In this document: positions 9,326 to 18,193 of the stretch, piece by piece | How positions within the stretch are numbered: the stretch's first letter is position 1 | Layout: the number at the start of each line of letters is the position of its first letter | Translations under genes and position numbers: made by a program | IMG/VR virus record: IMGVR_UViG_3300021963_004854 | Span: 107,567-171,566 of that record | Strand: one strand, 5' to 3' | DNA: 64,000 nucleotides | Source: a virus | The notes under the pieces: model-generated | What the model was told of the DNA's origin: nothing | Databases searched by the model: none | Seen by the model: the letters and a program-made list of their open reading frames with translations, nothing else

Positions 9326-10325
9326 TAATAATATTTTTATTAGTATTGCTAGTTATCGTGATCCTCTTTTGAAGTTCACGATAACAGAAGCATACAAAAA
9401 TGCAAAAAATAAAGAAAATTTAATCTTCGGTGTTGTCGAACAGAACGACCTAGAAAATTCTTTAAACTTAGATGACTTTACTTTTAAAGAACAAATTAGA
9501 TATGTTAGAGTAAACGCCGAACAGAGTCGAGGATGCTGCTGGGCAAGAAATCTTGTTCAATCATTGTATCAAGATGAAAACTATTATTTTCAAATTGACT
9601 CACATACCGCGTTTGATAAAAAGTGGGATGAAACTTTAATTTTTGCATTAGAAGAATTGAAGCGATATCATTCTAAGCCTATCATTTCACAATATCCAGA
9701 TGCATTGGAATTTGAAGATGATAAGCCAATTAAGAAACGCCATAATCCTGAGATTGATAAGATTCCATTTCTTTCTCCCCCGCCAGAAAATGAACCAACG
9801 TGGGCTGGGGAGAATACTTGCCATATTATAGCAAGAGGAACTTTTCAGCATTCATTTCAGCCATATACTCATGGTTATATGATATCTGCTGGATGCCTAT
9901 TTACCTATGGTAACTTTGTGAATGAAGTTCCTTATGACCCACGATTGTTTTTCCAGGGCGAAGAAACAACATTAGCACTAAGAGCGTGGACAAGAGGCTG
10001 GAATATTTTTCATGCGAAAACAACACCAATATATCATTTCTACACAGATCATGAAAAAAGAACAAGAAAATTATTTTGGGACGAAGACCAGAATGAAGAC
10101 AGAAACTTTCAATGGGGAACAATTGATAGTAATTCTGTTATAAGAACTAATTCAGTTTTAACAGGATGTGACGTTGGACCATATGGAATTGGCGAAAAAA
10201 GAACTTTAGACCAATTTCAATCTTTTACTGGTATAGACTATCGAAATAAGATATATACTCCTAGAGAAAGTCTTCATCGTCACGATTATAAAAAGTCTCC
10301 AGAAGATTATATCAGAAAGCAATAG
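9291..10325 (+). CDS. GlcNAc-transferase, GT60/Skp1-hydroxyproline-like
   Basis: IFISIASYRD, G.CWARN, QIDSH..F...WD, VPYDP...F.GEE.....RAWT.G. Confidence 0.8.
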   Translation: MMVIPVSHVKVNNNIFISIASYRDPLLKFTITEAYKNAKNKENLIFGVVEQNDLENSLNLDDFTFKEQIRYVRVNAEQSRGCCWARNLVQSLYQDENYYFQIDSHTAFDKKWDETLIFALEELKRYHSKPIISQYPDALEFEDDKPIKKRHNPEIDKIPFLSPPPENEPTWAGENTCHIIARGTFQHSFQPYTHGYMISAGCLFTYGNFVNEVPYDPRLFFQGEETTLALRAWTRGWNIFHAKTTPIYHFYTDHEKRTRKLFWDEDQNEDRNFQWGTIDSNSVIRTNSVLTGCDVGPYGIGEKRTLDQFQSFTGIDYRNKIYTPRESLHRHDYKKSPEDYIRKQ

Positions 10326-10332
10326 GAAAAGC

Positions 10333-10569
10333 ATGACACAATTTTTTGCACAAATAGTAACTAAGCCAGACTGTCCGTATTGCGTAAAGGCTAAAGAGTT
10401 CATGGTAGGCATGGACATTCAATATACTGAAATGGTAGTCGGAAAGGACTGCCTTTGGGAAGACGTTACGGCGCAACTTCCTAATGTAACAACTGTTCCA
10501 CAGATTTGGATCAATGGTGAGCATGTTGGTGGTTATGATGATCTAGTAAATTGGGCAGCGGAGGTATAA
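10333..10569 (+). CDS. nrdC: Glutaredoxin
   Basis: CPYC, TVPQIWI.G.HVGGY; lies between nrdA and nrdB. Confidence 0.92.
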   Translation: MTQFFAQIVTKPDCPYCVKAKEFMVGMDIQYTEMVVGKDCLWEDVTAQLPNVTTVPQIWINGEHVGGYDDLVNWAAEV

Positions 10570-11543
10570 TGTCTAATCTTTTGAGCGAACGCTCGTATTT
10601 TAAACCGTTTAATTATCCATGGGCATATGATGCCTGGTTGAAGCATGAACAATCACATTGGCTTCATACCGAAGTCCCAATGATTGAAGATGTTAACGAT
10701 TGGAAGAAGCGCCTCACCGATGGTGAAAAGCACTTTCTCACAAATATTTTCCGCTTCTTTACACAAGGCGATATCGATGTTGCGGGTGGTTATGTAAAGA
10801 ATTATCTACCGTATTTCCCTCAGCCAGAAATCCGTATGATGCTGATGGGCTTTGCAGCAAGGGAGGCTCTCCATGTGGCAGCCTATTCACACCTTATTGA
10901 AACGCTTGGGATGCCAGAGTCAACGTATCAAGAATTCCTTGAATACGACTCAATGCGGGCCAAGCACGACTACTTTACAGATTTGTCGAATTCAAATGGA
11001 ACGCCTGAATCAGTCGCGACCAATATCGCCGCGTTTAGTGCATTCACTGAGGGTATGCAACTGTTCTCGTCCTTCATCATGCTCCTCAACTTCCCTCGTC
11101 ACGGAAAAATGAAGGGTATGGGACAGATTGTTACTTGGTCTATTGTTGATGAAACGCAACATGCCGAGTCGATGATTAAGTTGTTCCGTGCATATGTTGA
11201 AGAGAATAGAGATATCTGGAACGATGAATTGAAGTCCAGCATCTATACCATCGCAGAAAAGATGGTAGAACTTGAAGACAAGTTTATCGAACTTTCATTC
11301 TCTATGGGAGAAATGGAAGACCTTACTCAAGAAGATGTTAAGAAATATATTCGATATATTTGTGACCGCCGACTAATTAGCCTCGGCATGAAGGGCATTT
11401 TTAAAGTCAAGAAAAATCCACTGCCTTGGGTCGAAGAAATGATTAATGCCCCGACCCACACCAACTTCTTTGAAAATAGAGCTACTGACTATGCGAAGGG
11501 TGCCTTATCCGGCAGTTGGGAAAACGTTTGGGGAACTGCATAG
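10569..11543 (+). CDS. nrdB: Ribonucleotide reductase beta subunit
   Basis: FFTQGD, REALH..AY, FTEG, DETQH, NFFE.R. Confidence 0.97.
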   Translation: MSNLLSERSYFKPFNYPWAYDAWLKHEQSHWLHTEVPMIEDVNDWKKRLTDGEKHFLTNIFRFFTQGDIDVAGGYVKNYLPYFPQPEIRMMLMGFAAREALHVAAYSHLIETLGMPESTYQEFLEYDSMRAKHDYFTDLSNSNGTPESVATNIAAFSAFTEGMQLFSSFIMLLNFPRHGKMKGMGQIVTWSIVDETQHAESMIKLFRAYVEENRDIWNDELKSSIYTIAEKMVELEDKFIELSFSMGEMEDLTQEDVKKYIRYICDRRLISLGMKGIFKVKKNPLPWVEEMINAPTHTNFFENRATDYAKGALSGSWENVWGTA

Positions 11544-11698
11544 TGGAAGAACAAGAATGTTTTTCATGTGATGCCGTGTTTTTGGTAGAACATGAATTAG
11601 ATGAAGAATACTACAAAACTAAATTTTGTCCGTTTTGTGGTACTAAGATAGCCGAAGAAGAAGACCTTGACTGGGAAGACTGGGACGAAGACTCATAA
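11543..11698 (+). CDS. Small Zn-ribbon protein
   Basis: CFSC...CPFCG, acidic tail. Confidence 0.7.
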   Translation: MEEQECFSCDAVFLVEHELDEEYYKTKFCPFCGTKIAEEEDLDWEDWDEDS

Positions 11699-11722
11699 AT
11701 AGTTCACTTTGGAGTGAACTTG

Positions 11723-12076
11723 ATGGCTATTAAAAAGAAGAAGCCGTCGCCAAAGAAAGTGCATAGAGTCTATTGCACCTACTTTGACGACGGCAAATAC
11801 TATATTGGGTATTCATGTAAGACAGAAAAATTATTTGAAAAATATTTCGGTAGTTCTTCTTATGTGACTAATTATGAAGGCGAAATGCGTAAAGAAGTTG
11901 TTGCCGAATTTGACAGCAAATCTCACGCTAAAGCGGTCGAACACTTACTACAGTGGGAATATCGTTTAGATGATAGATGTATTAACGACATGTGGAATGT
12001 TCGACTACGACTATCGCACTTGAAAGAATTAAAGTTACCGGACTGGAGACCAGGATGTTTTTCGCCGCCCTCTTAA
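11723..12076 (+). CDS. Short GIY-YIG-like nuclease-domain protein
   Basis: RVYCTY...YYIGYS, YFGSS; preceded by CATAAATA. Confidence 0.6.
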   Translation: MAIKKKKPSPKKVHRVYCTYFDDGKYYIGYSCKTEKLFEKYFGSSSYVTNYEGEMRKEVVAEFDSKSHAKAVEHLLQWEYRLDDRCINDMWNVRLRLSHLKELKLPDWRPGCFSPPS

Positions 12077-13044
12077 TGCTAGTAGCCCTAGCTATTACAG
12101 GTGTAGCTGGCTACTTTTCGATTTTGGGATTGATGGCTATCTTTCCTGCATCACCTATTGCAGTAGCTGCCATGGGTATTGTATTAGAACTTGCTAAGTT
12201 GGTTACAGCCAGCTGGGTGTATCGTAATTGGAAAACAGCGAATCGATTGCTGAAAACCTATTTTACGATTGCAGTCATCGTTCTTTCGTTCATCACAAGT
12301 ATGGGCGTATTTGGTTATCTAAGTAAAGCCCACATCGAACACACCACTGTCGGTGGTTCGTCACAACTACAAATTGCCCAGCTAGAAAGCCAAAAGGCTA
12401 TAGCGGAAAGGAGACTAAAGAATGCACAAACATCTTTGGATACTCTGGACAGACTCACTACTGGCGAAAATATCCTTGATGCTAATTTCATTAGAAATCG
12501 ACAGAAGCGAGAACGTGCGGCCCTTAATAAGGAAATTGAGGGTGCGACTACAGACATTCAGACTATTGAGACTAATCTCATACCGCTCAAAACAGAAACC
12601 CTCAAACTCGAAGCGGAAGTAGGCCCTATCAAATATGTAGCGGAACTGTTCTACGGTAGTGGTGATAACGCCACTATCGATAAGGCTGTTCGCATGATGA
12701 TTATCATTCTTATCTTTGTTTTCGACCCATTGGCAATTCTTTTGATTATTGCGGCGAATATGACCTTTTTAGGGTTGACAAAGAGAGAAGAATCAGATAC
12801 AATAGACAATGTTCCCGTTGAAGTTTATGTGCCAGCACCGGCTCCAACAGAGACACTAAAAGAAGTTGTAAGAAAAGCAAAGAACAATCGTAAGAAGAAA
12901 CCGAAAGCACCCACACCAGAAGTTCCTGACTTCTTTAAGTTTGAGAAGCACGGGTCTACTCATGATGTTCCGATGCCCGACCCCCCTCGCAAAAATGCAA
13001 GGGGTCAAATCATAGTTGATGAAAAAAATATTAGGAGAATGTGA
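12055..13044 (+). CDS. Multi-pass membrane protein with coiled coil
   Basis: Three N-terminal TM helices, SMGVFGYLSKAH, EVGPIKYVAE, FVFDPLA. Confidence 0.75.
   Translation: MFFAALLMLVALAITGVAGYFSILGLMAIFPASPIAVAAMGIVLELAKLVTASWVYRNWKTANRLLKTYFTIAVIVLSFITSMGVFGYLSKAHIEHTTVGGSSQLQIAQLESQKAIAERRLKNAQTSLDTLDRLTTGENILDANFIRNRQKRERAALNKEIEGATTDIQTIETNLIPLKTETLKLEAEVGPIKYVAELFYGSGDNATIDKAVRMMIIILIFVFDPLAILLIIAANMTFLGLTKREESDTIDNVPVEVYVPAPAPTETLKEVVRKAKNNRKKKPKAPTPEVPDFFKFEKHGSTHDVPMPDPPRKNARGQIIVDEKNIRRM
12775..12803 (+). promoter_or_regulatory. Intragenic GANTC-type promoter
   Basis: TTGACA 12775-12780, GAATC 12790-12794, TACAAT 12798-12803; same geometry as the early family. Confidence 0.55.
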
Positions 13045-13325
13045 TGACTTTATTTTATGAGAAAAACGGCCCAGACCAAGACTGGCGCTCTAGTGTGCGT
13101 GATACTCTGACTAAGGGAGTGGCGCATGTTGAATTTGAAAAAAATGATGGTCAAATTCGGCATATGAAATGCACTCTTGATCCAACTGTTGTTCCGCCAT
13201 ACCAAGAACTTGGTAAGACTACGAAGATTCCTAGCGATGATGTTCAAGCCGTCTGGGATATTGAAAAGGCTGCATGGCGGTCATTTAGATTCGATAGAGT
13301 TCGAAATATTCGTTTTGAGGGTTGA
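13041..13325 (+). CDS. WYL_2/SH3-like beta-barrel protein
   Basis: VEFEK.DG..R.M.CTL, VWD.EK.AWRSFR.D. Confidence 0.8.
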   Translation: MMTLFYEKNGPDQDWRSSVRDTLTKGVAHVEFEKNDGQIRHMKCTLDPTVVPPYQELGKTTKIPSDDVQAVWDIEKAAWRSFRFDRVRNIRFEG

Positions 13326-13350
13326 CAAACGACTCGATATATCGTATAGT
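13322..13350 (+). promoter_or_regulatory. Sigma70-type promoter with CGACTCG (GANTC) in the spacer
   Basis: TTGACA 13322-13327, CGACTCG 13330-13336, TATAGT 13345-13350. Confidence 0.7.
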
Positions 13351-13374
13351 AAGATATATTGAGAAGGAGATATT

Positions 13375-14493
13375 ATGTATAAACTTAAGGTACCTATCGC
13401 CGAGTCGAAGTATGTTGGTGTTGAGCCTATCTGGGCTGATGGTTATGAACCAGAAGATTACCAGCGTGAATATGGCAACGCCCTCAATTGGTACAACTAC
13501 ATTGTAGACGCCAAAGACTGCCGTGCATTTCTAGTTGACTATTATAAGAGCGACAAAGAAAAGCTAAAGGCTCTGAGCCAGGTACCTGACAAGTTTATTC
13601 CTCGAACGTATGCAAATACCGCTCGTATTGCAATGCGTGGCTTTCCTGTAACTGAGGTTCATATGAATCGCATTTGGGAAAAGGTCGAGGAAGTTGTGAA
13701 TAAGCGTATCAAGTCCGACGAAGATGAACCTGACACCACTACACCTGTAGTCAAGGTCGTCAAGCCACCCAAACTAGCTTCCACATATATTCTTGCCCTC
13801 GTCAATGACGAAATCGAAAATCTTATCGAAGGTGAAGACCCGAAAACTATGGGTCAAATTCTAATGCCGTATAAGATGAGTGATAAGCAATATTCAGACT
13901 GCGCTGAAAAGTTGCAGCCTTTGCTGGCAGAATATGCAGAAGTTCTAGAACTTCGTCGGACTGACCGCAAGACACTTACCGAAGAACAAATTGAATTCAT
14001 GGACTCGTTCAAGTTCTCTGGTATCACAATCATTAAGAAGATTGTCCAGCTTATCGAAGGTTATGTCAACGACCTCAAGAAGTCTTACATTAGCAAGCAG
14101 GTTGCTAAGGTTCGTAAGAAGAAGCCTAAAGATAAGACAAAGCTGGTAAGAGGTATCAAATTCCTTGCCGAAGATGAAAAGTTCGGTAAGAGTATCGACC
14201 CAGTTAACCTTCTAAATTGTAGTGAAGTATGGACCTTCGATACTAAGACGCGGAAACTGTCTAAGTATTACAGTCCTGTTGGTGGTGGCATCACAGTGAA
14301 GGGTGCGGCACTCGTTGGCTATGAAGAAACAATGTCTAGTTGTAAATTGCTTCGAAAGCCCGAAGAACAGATTCCTGCATTTTCTGCTACTGCTAAAAAA
14401 GACTTGACAAAATGGTATTCTTCTGTTAAAAGTAAGAATGCGAATGTGCGACCGCGGCTTACCGCGACGACTCTGATTTTGAAAGTATTTTAA
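13375..14493 (+). CDS. Hypothetical protein of T4-like phages
   Basis: 372 aa, strong RBS; ALNWYNY and K.LRKPEE motifs. Confidence 0.75.
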   Translation: MYKLKVPIAESKYVGVEPIWADGYEPEDYQREYGNALNWYNYIVDAKDCRAFLVDYYKSDKEKLKALSQVPDKFIPRTYANTARIAMRGFPVTEVHMNRIWEKVEEVVNKRIKSDEDEPDTTTPVVKVVKPPKLASTYILALVNDEIENLIEGEDPKTMGQILMPYKMSDKQYSDCAEKLQPLLAEYAEVLELRRTDRKTLTEEQIEFMDSFKFSGITIIKKIVQLIEGYVNDLKKSYISKQVAKVRKKKPKDKTKLVRGIKFLAEDEKFGKSIDPVNLLNCSEVWTFDTKTRKLSKYYSPVGGGITVKGAALVGYEETMSSCKLLRKPEEQIPAFSATAKKDLTKWYSSVKSKNANVRPRLTATTLILKVF

Positions 14494-14816
14494 TGGCAGA
14501 TAATGACAATGTAACATATCTTAGAATGCAACCTAAGAACCCTGATAACGAATCATACTCTTATTTTCTAGAGGGTGCAGCGCAACATGCTGCATATCAG
14601 GATGCGGAAGCTATGGCTGCCGCGTGTATAAATGGCATCTTAGCGGTCATCAATAAGAAGGTCGGTGGGATTAAAAACGATAATATTCATCGGGACGCGG
14701 CCGTGGTTGCTGTTCTCATTCAAGGTATGTTTATGCGTCAAGTTGACGTTCATTGCCCAGAAATAAACCTTCTAGATGATATCAGTGAAATTTTGAGTGG
14801 GAAGGAACACAGCTAA
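14493..14816 (+). CDS. Hypothetical protein
   Basis: Translationally coupled (TAATG) on both sides. Confidence 0.7.
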   Translation: MADNDNVTYLRMQPKNPDNESYSYFLEGAAQHAAYQDAEAMAAACINGILAVINKKVGGIKNDNIHRDAAVVAVLIQGMFMRQVDVHCPEINLLDDISEILSGKEHS

Positions 14817-15697
14817 TGATAGTGGTAGACTTTAACCAAGTTGCAATTAGTAACATGATGGCTGAACTTGGTGGTCGTCGCGATGTGGAGGTCAATCTTC
14901 CTCTCATTCGTCATATGATTATCAATTCAATTCGTTCATATAAGCGTAAGTTCGGTGCAGAATTTGGCGATATCATCATTGCATGTGATAATCGAAACTA
15001 CTGGCGCCGCCAGTTCTTCCCTAACTACAAGGCTAATCGTAAGAAAAGCCGCGCAGACAGTGGCTTTGACTGGAATTCAATCTTCGAAGCCCTGCATCAG
15101 GTCCGTGCCGAGTTGCAAGAGCATTTTCCATATCCTGTGATTGATGTTGATGGCGCAGAAGCAGATGATGTAATCGCCGCGCTTGCAGAATATAGTCAGA
15201 CTTCGAATGTTGATGGCCTTATTCCTAGTGCAGAGCCTTTCCTCGTTCTCTCTGGCGACCATGACTTCAATCAGTTGCAGAAGTGGTCCAACGTAAAGCA
15301 GTATGCACCAGTGCAGAAGAAGTTTGTTAAGCTGACTGATAAGCCAGAAGTTGTTCTGATGGAACACATTATCACCGGCGATAAGGGCGATGGTGTTCCT
15401 AACATCCTGTCAGATGATGATACGTTTGTCACTGGTTCACGCCAGCGTCCCATGAAGAAGGATAAGGTTGCAGAGTGGAAGCACCAGAAGCCAGAAGACT
15501 TCATCACCAGTGATGAAATGTGGCGTAACTTCCAACGCAATCGTGAACTGGTTGACTTGTCGCGCATTCCCCAAGATATCAAGGATGCAGTTATTGATAG
15601 TTACGAGAAGCAAAAGGGTGGTGACCGCAGTGGTCTCCTGAATTACTTCATTGCGAATCGTATGAAGCAGATGATTGAGTTGATCGATGAATTTTAA
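14816..15697 (+). CDS. rnh: T4-type RNase H (5'-3' exonuclease)
   Basis: IVVDFNQ, YWRR..FP.YKANR, EADD, SGDHDF.QL, GDKGDGVPN. Confidence 0.95.
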   Translation: MIVVDFNQVAISNMMAELGGRRDVEVNLPLIRHMIINSIRSYKRKFGAEFGDIIIACDNRNYWRRQFFPNYKANRKKSRADSGFDWNSIFEALHQVRAELQEHFPYPVIDVDGAEADDVIAALAEYSQTSNVDGLIPSAEPFLVLSGDHDFNQLQKWSNVKQYAPVQKKFVKLTDKPEVVLMEHIITGDKGDGVPNILSDDDTFVTGSRQRPMKKDKVAEWKHQKPEDFITSDEMWRNFQRNRELVDLSRIPQDIKDAVIDSYEKQKGGDRSGLLNYFIANRMKQMIELIDEF

Positions 15698-16127
15698 TAG
15701 TTCCACTGAAAGAGTAGGCATTACAGCCAGTTGCTTTGACCTGTTCCACGCGGGTCATGTTCTTATGCTACAGGAAGCTAAAGAACAGTGCGACCGATTG
15801 GTAGTAGCATTACAGACTGACCCAACGATTGACCGACCAGAGAAGAACAAGCCCGTTCAATCTCTGGTAGAACGGTATATTCAGTTGCAAGCATGTAAGT
15901 ATGTGGACGAAATCATTCCATACACGACAGAAGAAGACTTGCTAAATATACTACAATGTTATGACTGGGATGTTCGCATTATTGGCGAAGATTATTACAA
16001 TAAGCGATTTACTGGTGACGAACTAGGAATCGAAGTTTATTACAATAGTCGCAGGCATAGCTTTAGCACTACTGAATTGAGAAGGAGAATTGGCGATGGC
16101 AACAAGATTACCACCAAAGAAGTTTAA
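15687..16127 (+). CDS. Cytidylyltransferase (TagD-like)
   Basis: FDLFHAGH (HxGH), YVDEI, STTELR. Confidence 0.9.
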   Translation: MNFNSSTERVGITASCFDLFHAGHVLMLQEAKEQCDRLVVALQTDPTIDRPEKNKPVQSLVERYIQLQACKYVDEIIPYTTEEDLLNILQCYDWDVRIIGEDYYNKRFTGDELGIEVYYNSRRHSFSTTELRRRIGDGNKITTKEV

Positions 16128-16608
16128 ACAAATTGATCAGGCTCTAGATTGGGCGACCGAAGTCAAGGACATTGATGAACTACGGGAACGAGTTCGTGCA
16201 ATCTCCACTGGTAACTCCGTTCTTATGCGTTTCTTGGCATGGGGCGTAGGCTACGAACAGGGACCTCACAAACTACCAGAGGGTAGAACACCGACTAAGA
16301 ACGAAGAACTACCTGTTGATATGGGTGATACTAATATCACGCAAGAGTTCCGTAGACTTCTAACTCTACTACCGGGTGGCAGTGCAGACCGAGTTCCTCA
16401 GTGGCGCCGCGAAGAAATCTGGATGCAGATTTGTCAGGGTGTTCACCAGAACGAAGCTAAATTGCTGGATTCTGTAAAAGACCAGAAAATACTCGATTTG
16501 TATCCTTCTTTGGCAGATGTTCTTGAAACTTTTCTTGTTGGTTGGAAAAAGCCCGAGGTTAAGAAGAAGAAGGTGTCAAAAAAGCCCGCGAGTATCTCCG
16601 AGGAATAA
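16096..16608 (+). CDS. Hypothetical phage protein
   Basis: LPEG.TP, RREEIWMQICQGVH..EA.LL..VKD. Confidence 0.7.
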   Translation: MATRLPPKKFKQIDQALDWATEVKDIDELRERVRAISTGNSVLMRFLAWGVGYEQGPHKLPEGRTPTKNEELPVDMGDTNITQEFRRLLTLLPGGSADRVPQWRREEIWMQICQGVHQNEAKLLDSVKDQKILDLYPSLADVLETFLVGWKKPEVKKKKVSKKPASISEE

Positions 16609-16724
16609 TTAAATTATTCGTAAGAGAACAGAAGATACCCATAAAATGGGGTGTTAAGCGACCTTGGGGTCTGTAATTAAAACACTAATAAATAACTGTT
16701 CTCGAACTTTCAAACGGAGATACT
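16591..16724 (+). promoter_or_regulatory. Structured leader sequestering the speD RBS, with an internal late-promoter-like AATAAATA
   Basis: AGTATCTCCG 16591-16600 is the exact complement of CGGAGATACT 16715-16724; inner stem GAGAACAG/CTGTTCTC. Confidence 0.6.
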
Positions 16725-16727
16725 TTG

Positions 16728-17132
16728 ATGGGCGCAATTCTGGAACATAAGCATCTAATCATTCGTGCAGAACTTAAAAATCCGCCTAAGTGCGCGGAAG
16801 CAATTCAAGACTGGATGAAAATCTTGGTCGATAAAATTGGAATGAAGATACTTATGGGCCCATATGCGATTTACTCGGATATGGTAGGCAATCAAGGGTT
16901 GACAGCGGTTACAATTATTGAAACCAGCCATATTGCTATGCATGTATGGGATGAAGTTGACCCTGCATTGATGCAGCTGGACGTTTACACTTGCTCTACT
17001 CTGAATATTGATGATGTATTTCTGGCACTTAGCGATTTTGCACCTGTTAATGTTCAATTCAAATATATTGATCGGGAACATGACTTGACATTGCTAGATA
17101 AAGGTGTTATAAGTGAGATACTTCCTCTTTAA
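16728..17132 (+). CDS. speD: S-adenosylmethionine decarboxylase proenzyme
   Basis: HKHLI, G.T....IETSHIAMH.W, LDVYTC. Confidence 0.88.
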   Translation: MGAILEHKHLIIRAELKNPPKCAEAIQDWMKILVDKIGMKILMGPYAIYSDMVGNQGLTAVTIIETSHIAMHVWDEVDPALMQLDVYTCSTLNIDDVFLALSDFAPVNVQFKYIDREHDLTLLDKGVISEILPL

Positions 17133-17619
17133 ACACAAGAACGAAATCTGGTTAGTCAAAAATCCTGAACAAGTTCCAAAGCCTAGAGAGTTATTGCTTC
17201 AAAACTCTAATATTGAATATATAAGAGATAAAGCAAATTCTTTAGGAAAAGGCTTGACATTTCGTGATAAAGTTAGTAGAAAGAAGATACCGGCTTTAAC
17301 GACAGAACATAAAGCAAAAATTGCTCTAGCGTTAAGTGGTAGCAACAACCCCAACTGGGGTGGCTTGAAAGAAGAAACCAAAGCCAAAATTCGTCGCAAG
17401 ATGCGAGGAACAAGGCGCAATGAAAACAATCCTATGTATGGCAGACGCCAATCATGGGAAACTCGCAATCTCATAGCGATGAAGGCGAGACATAGAAGAC
17501 GAAAGTGGTGTGTCGACCCAAGCGGTAAAACGCATTTGGTAGACCCACTTACTTTCATACTACCTTCTGGCTGGATGTGGGGAAGATTTTACGACCCATA
17601 TCGACCAGAAGATTTTTAA
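17113..17619 (+). CDS. NUMOD3-type DNA-binding protein (homing-endonuclease-related; no clear catalytic domain)
   Basis: EHKAKI..A.SG.NNP.WG, ETKAKI, NNPMYGR..S.ETR. Confidence 0.65.
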   Translation: MRYFLFKHKNEIWLVKNPEQVPKPRELLLQNSNIEYIRDKANSLGKGLTFRDKVSRKKIPALTTEHKAKIALALSGSNNPNWGGLKEETKAKIRRKMRGTRRNENNPMYGRRQSWETRNLIAMKARHRRRKWCVDPSGKTHLVDPLTFILPSGWMWGRFYDPYRPEDF

Positions 17620-17659
17620 AAAAACTGTTGATAAATGTCAAAAACTGTTATATATAGTA

Positions 17660-17687
17660 TTCTGTTCTTTGACATTGTTAGAAGTTT
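17660..17687 (+). promoter_or_regulatory. boxA-containing leader of the first tRNA operon (repeat copy 1)
   Basis: TTCTGTTCTTTGACATTGTTAGAAGTTT, identical to 22535-22562; contains TGTTCTTTGACA. Confidence 0.7.
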
Positions 17688-17692
17688 TTATT

Positions 17693-17780
17693 GGAAGCGT
17701 GGGTGAGTGGTTGAAACCTACAGTCTTGAAAACTGTCGTACCGCAAGGTACCGTGGGTTCGAATCCCACCGCTTCCTCCA
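17693..17780 (+). tRNA. tRNA-Ser(TGA)
   Basis: Cloverleaf, long variable arm, CCA. Confidence 0.95.
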
Positions 17781-17784
17781 GTTT

Positions 17785-17860
17785 GGGGATGTAGTCCAAT
17801 GGCAGAGACAGAGGACTTAAAATCCTTCCAGTGTGGGTTCGAGTCCCACCATCCCTACCA
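17785..17860 (+). tRNA. tRNA-Leu(TAA), short variable loop
   Basis: GAGGA-CTTAAAA-TCCTT, T-loop TTCGAGT, CCA. Confidence 0.9.
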
Positions 17861-17861
17861 A

Positions 17862-17937
17862 TGCCCCTTGGTGTAATTGGCAACACGTCGGATTTTGATT
17901 CCGAAAAGTCCAGGTTCGAGCCCTGGAGGGGCATCCA
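17862..17937 (+). tRNA. tRNA-Gln(TTG)
   Basis: TCGGA-TTTTGAT-TCCGA, CCA. Confidence 0.95.
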
Positions 17938-17956
17938 TTCTTAGAAAGGTTATATA

Positions 17957-18193
17957 ATGAGTGATGTTGTAGCAGTAGACCAACTTCGTCTGTTTATTGA
18001 ACGTATTGAAAACATCGAAGTGGAAATTGATGCGAAGAAGACTGACCGCAAGGAAGTCTATTCAGAATTGAAGGGTGAAGGCTTTGATGCCAAGGCAGTT
18101 CGTGCTATTGTGCGCCTCCGTAAGAAGGAAGCACATATCCGTCAAGAAGAAGATATGATTCTTGATACATATCGAAATGCAATTGGCGTTTAA
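17957..18193 (+). CDS. gapR: GapR/DUF2312 nucleoid-associated protein
   Basis: DQLRLFIERIE..E.E......KEVY.E.KG.GFD.KA.R.IV.LRK....E...L.Y..A.G. Confidence 0.9.
   Translation: MSDVVAVDQLRLFIERIENIEVEIDAKKTDRKEVYSELKGEGFDAKAVRAIVRLRKKEAHIRQEEDMILDTYRNAIGV

Noticed and set aside
7526-11543. Intron or intein in nrdA/nrdB
   Set aside because: Both frames are continuous and compact, with no splice motifs
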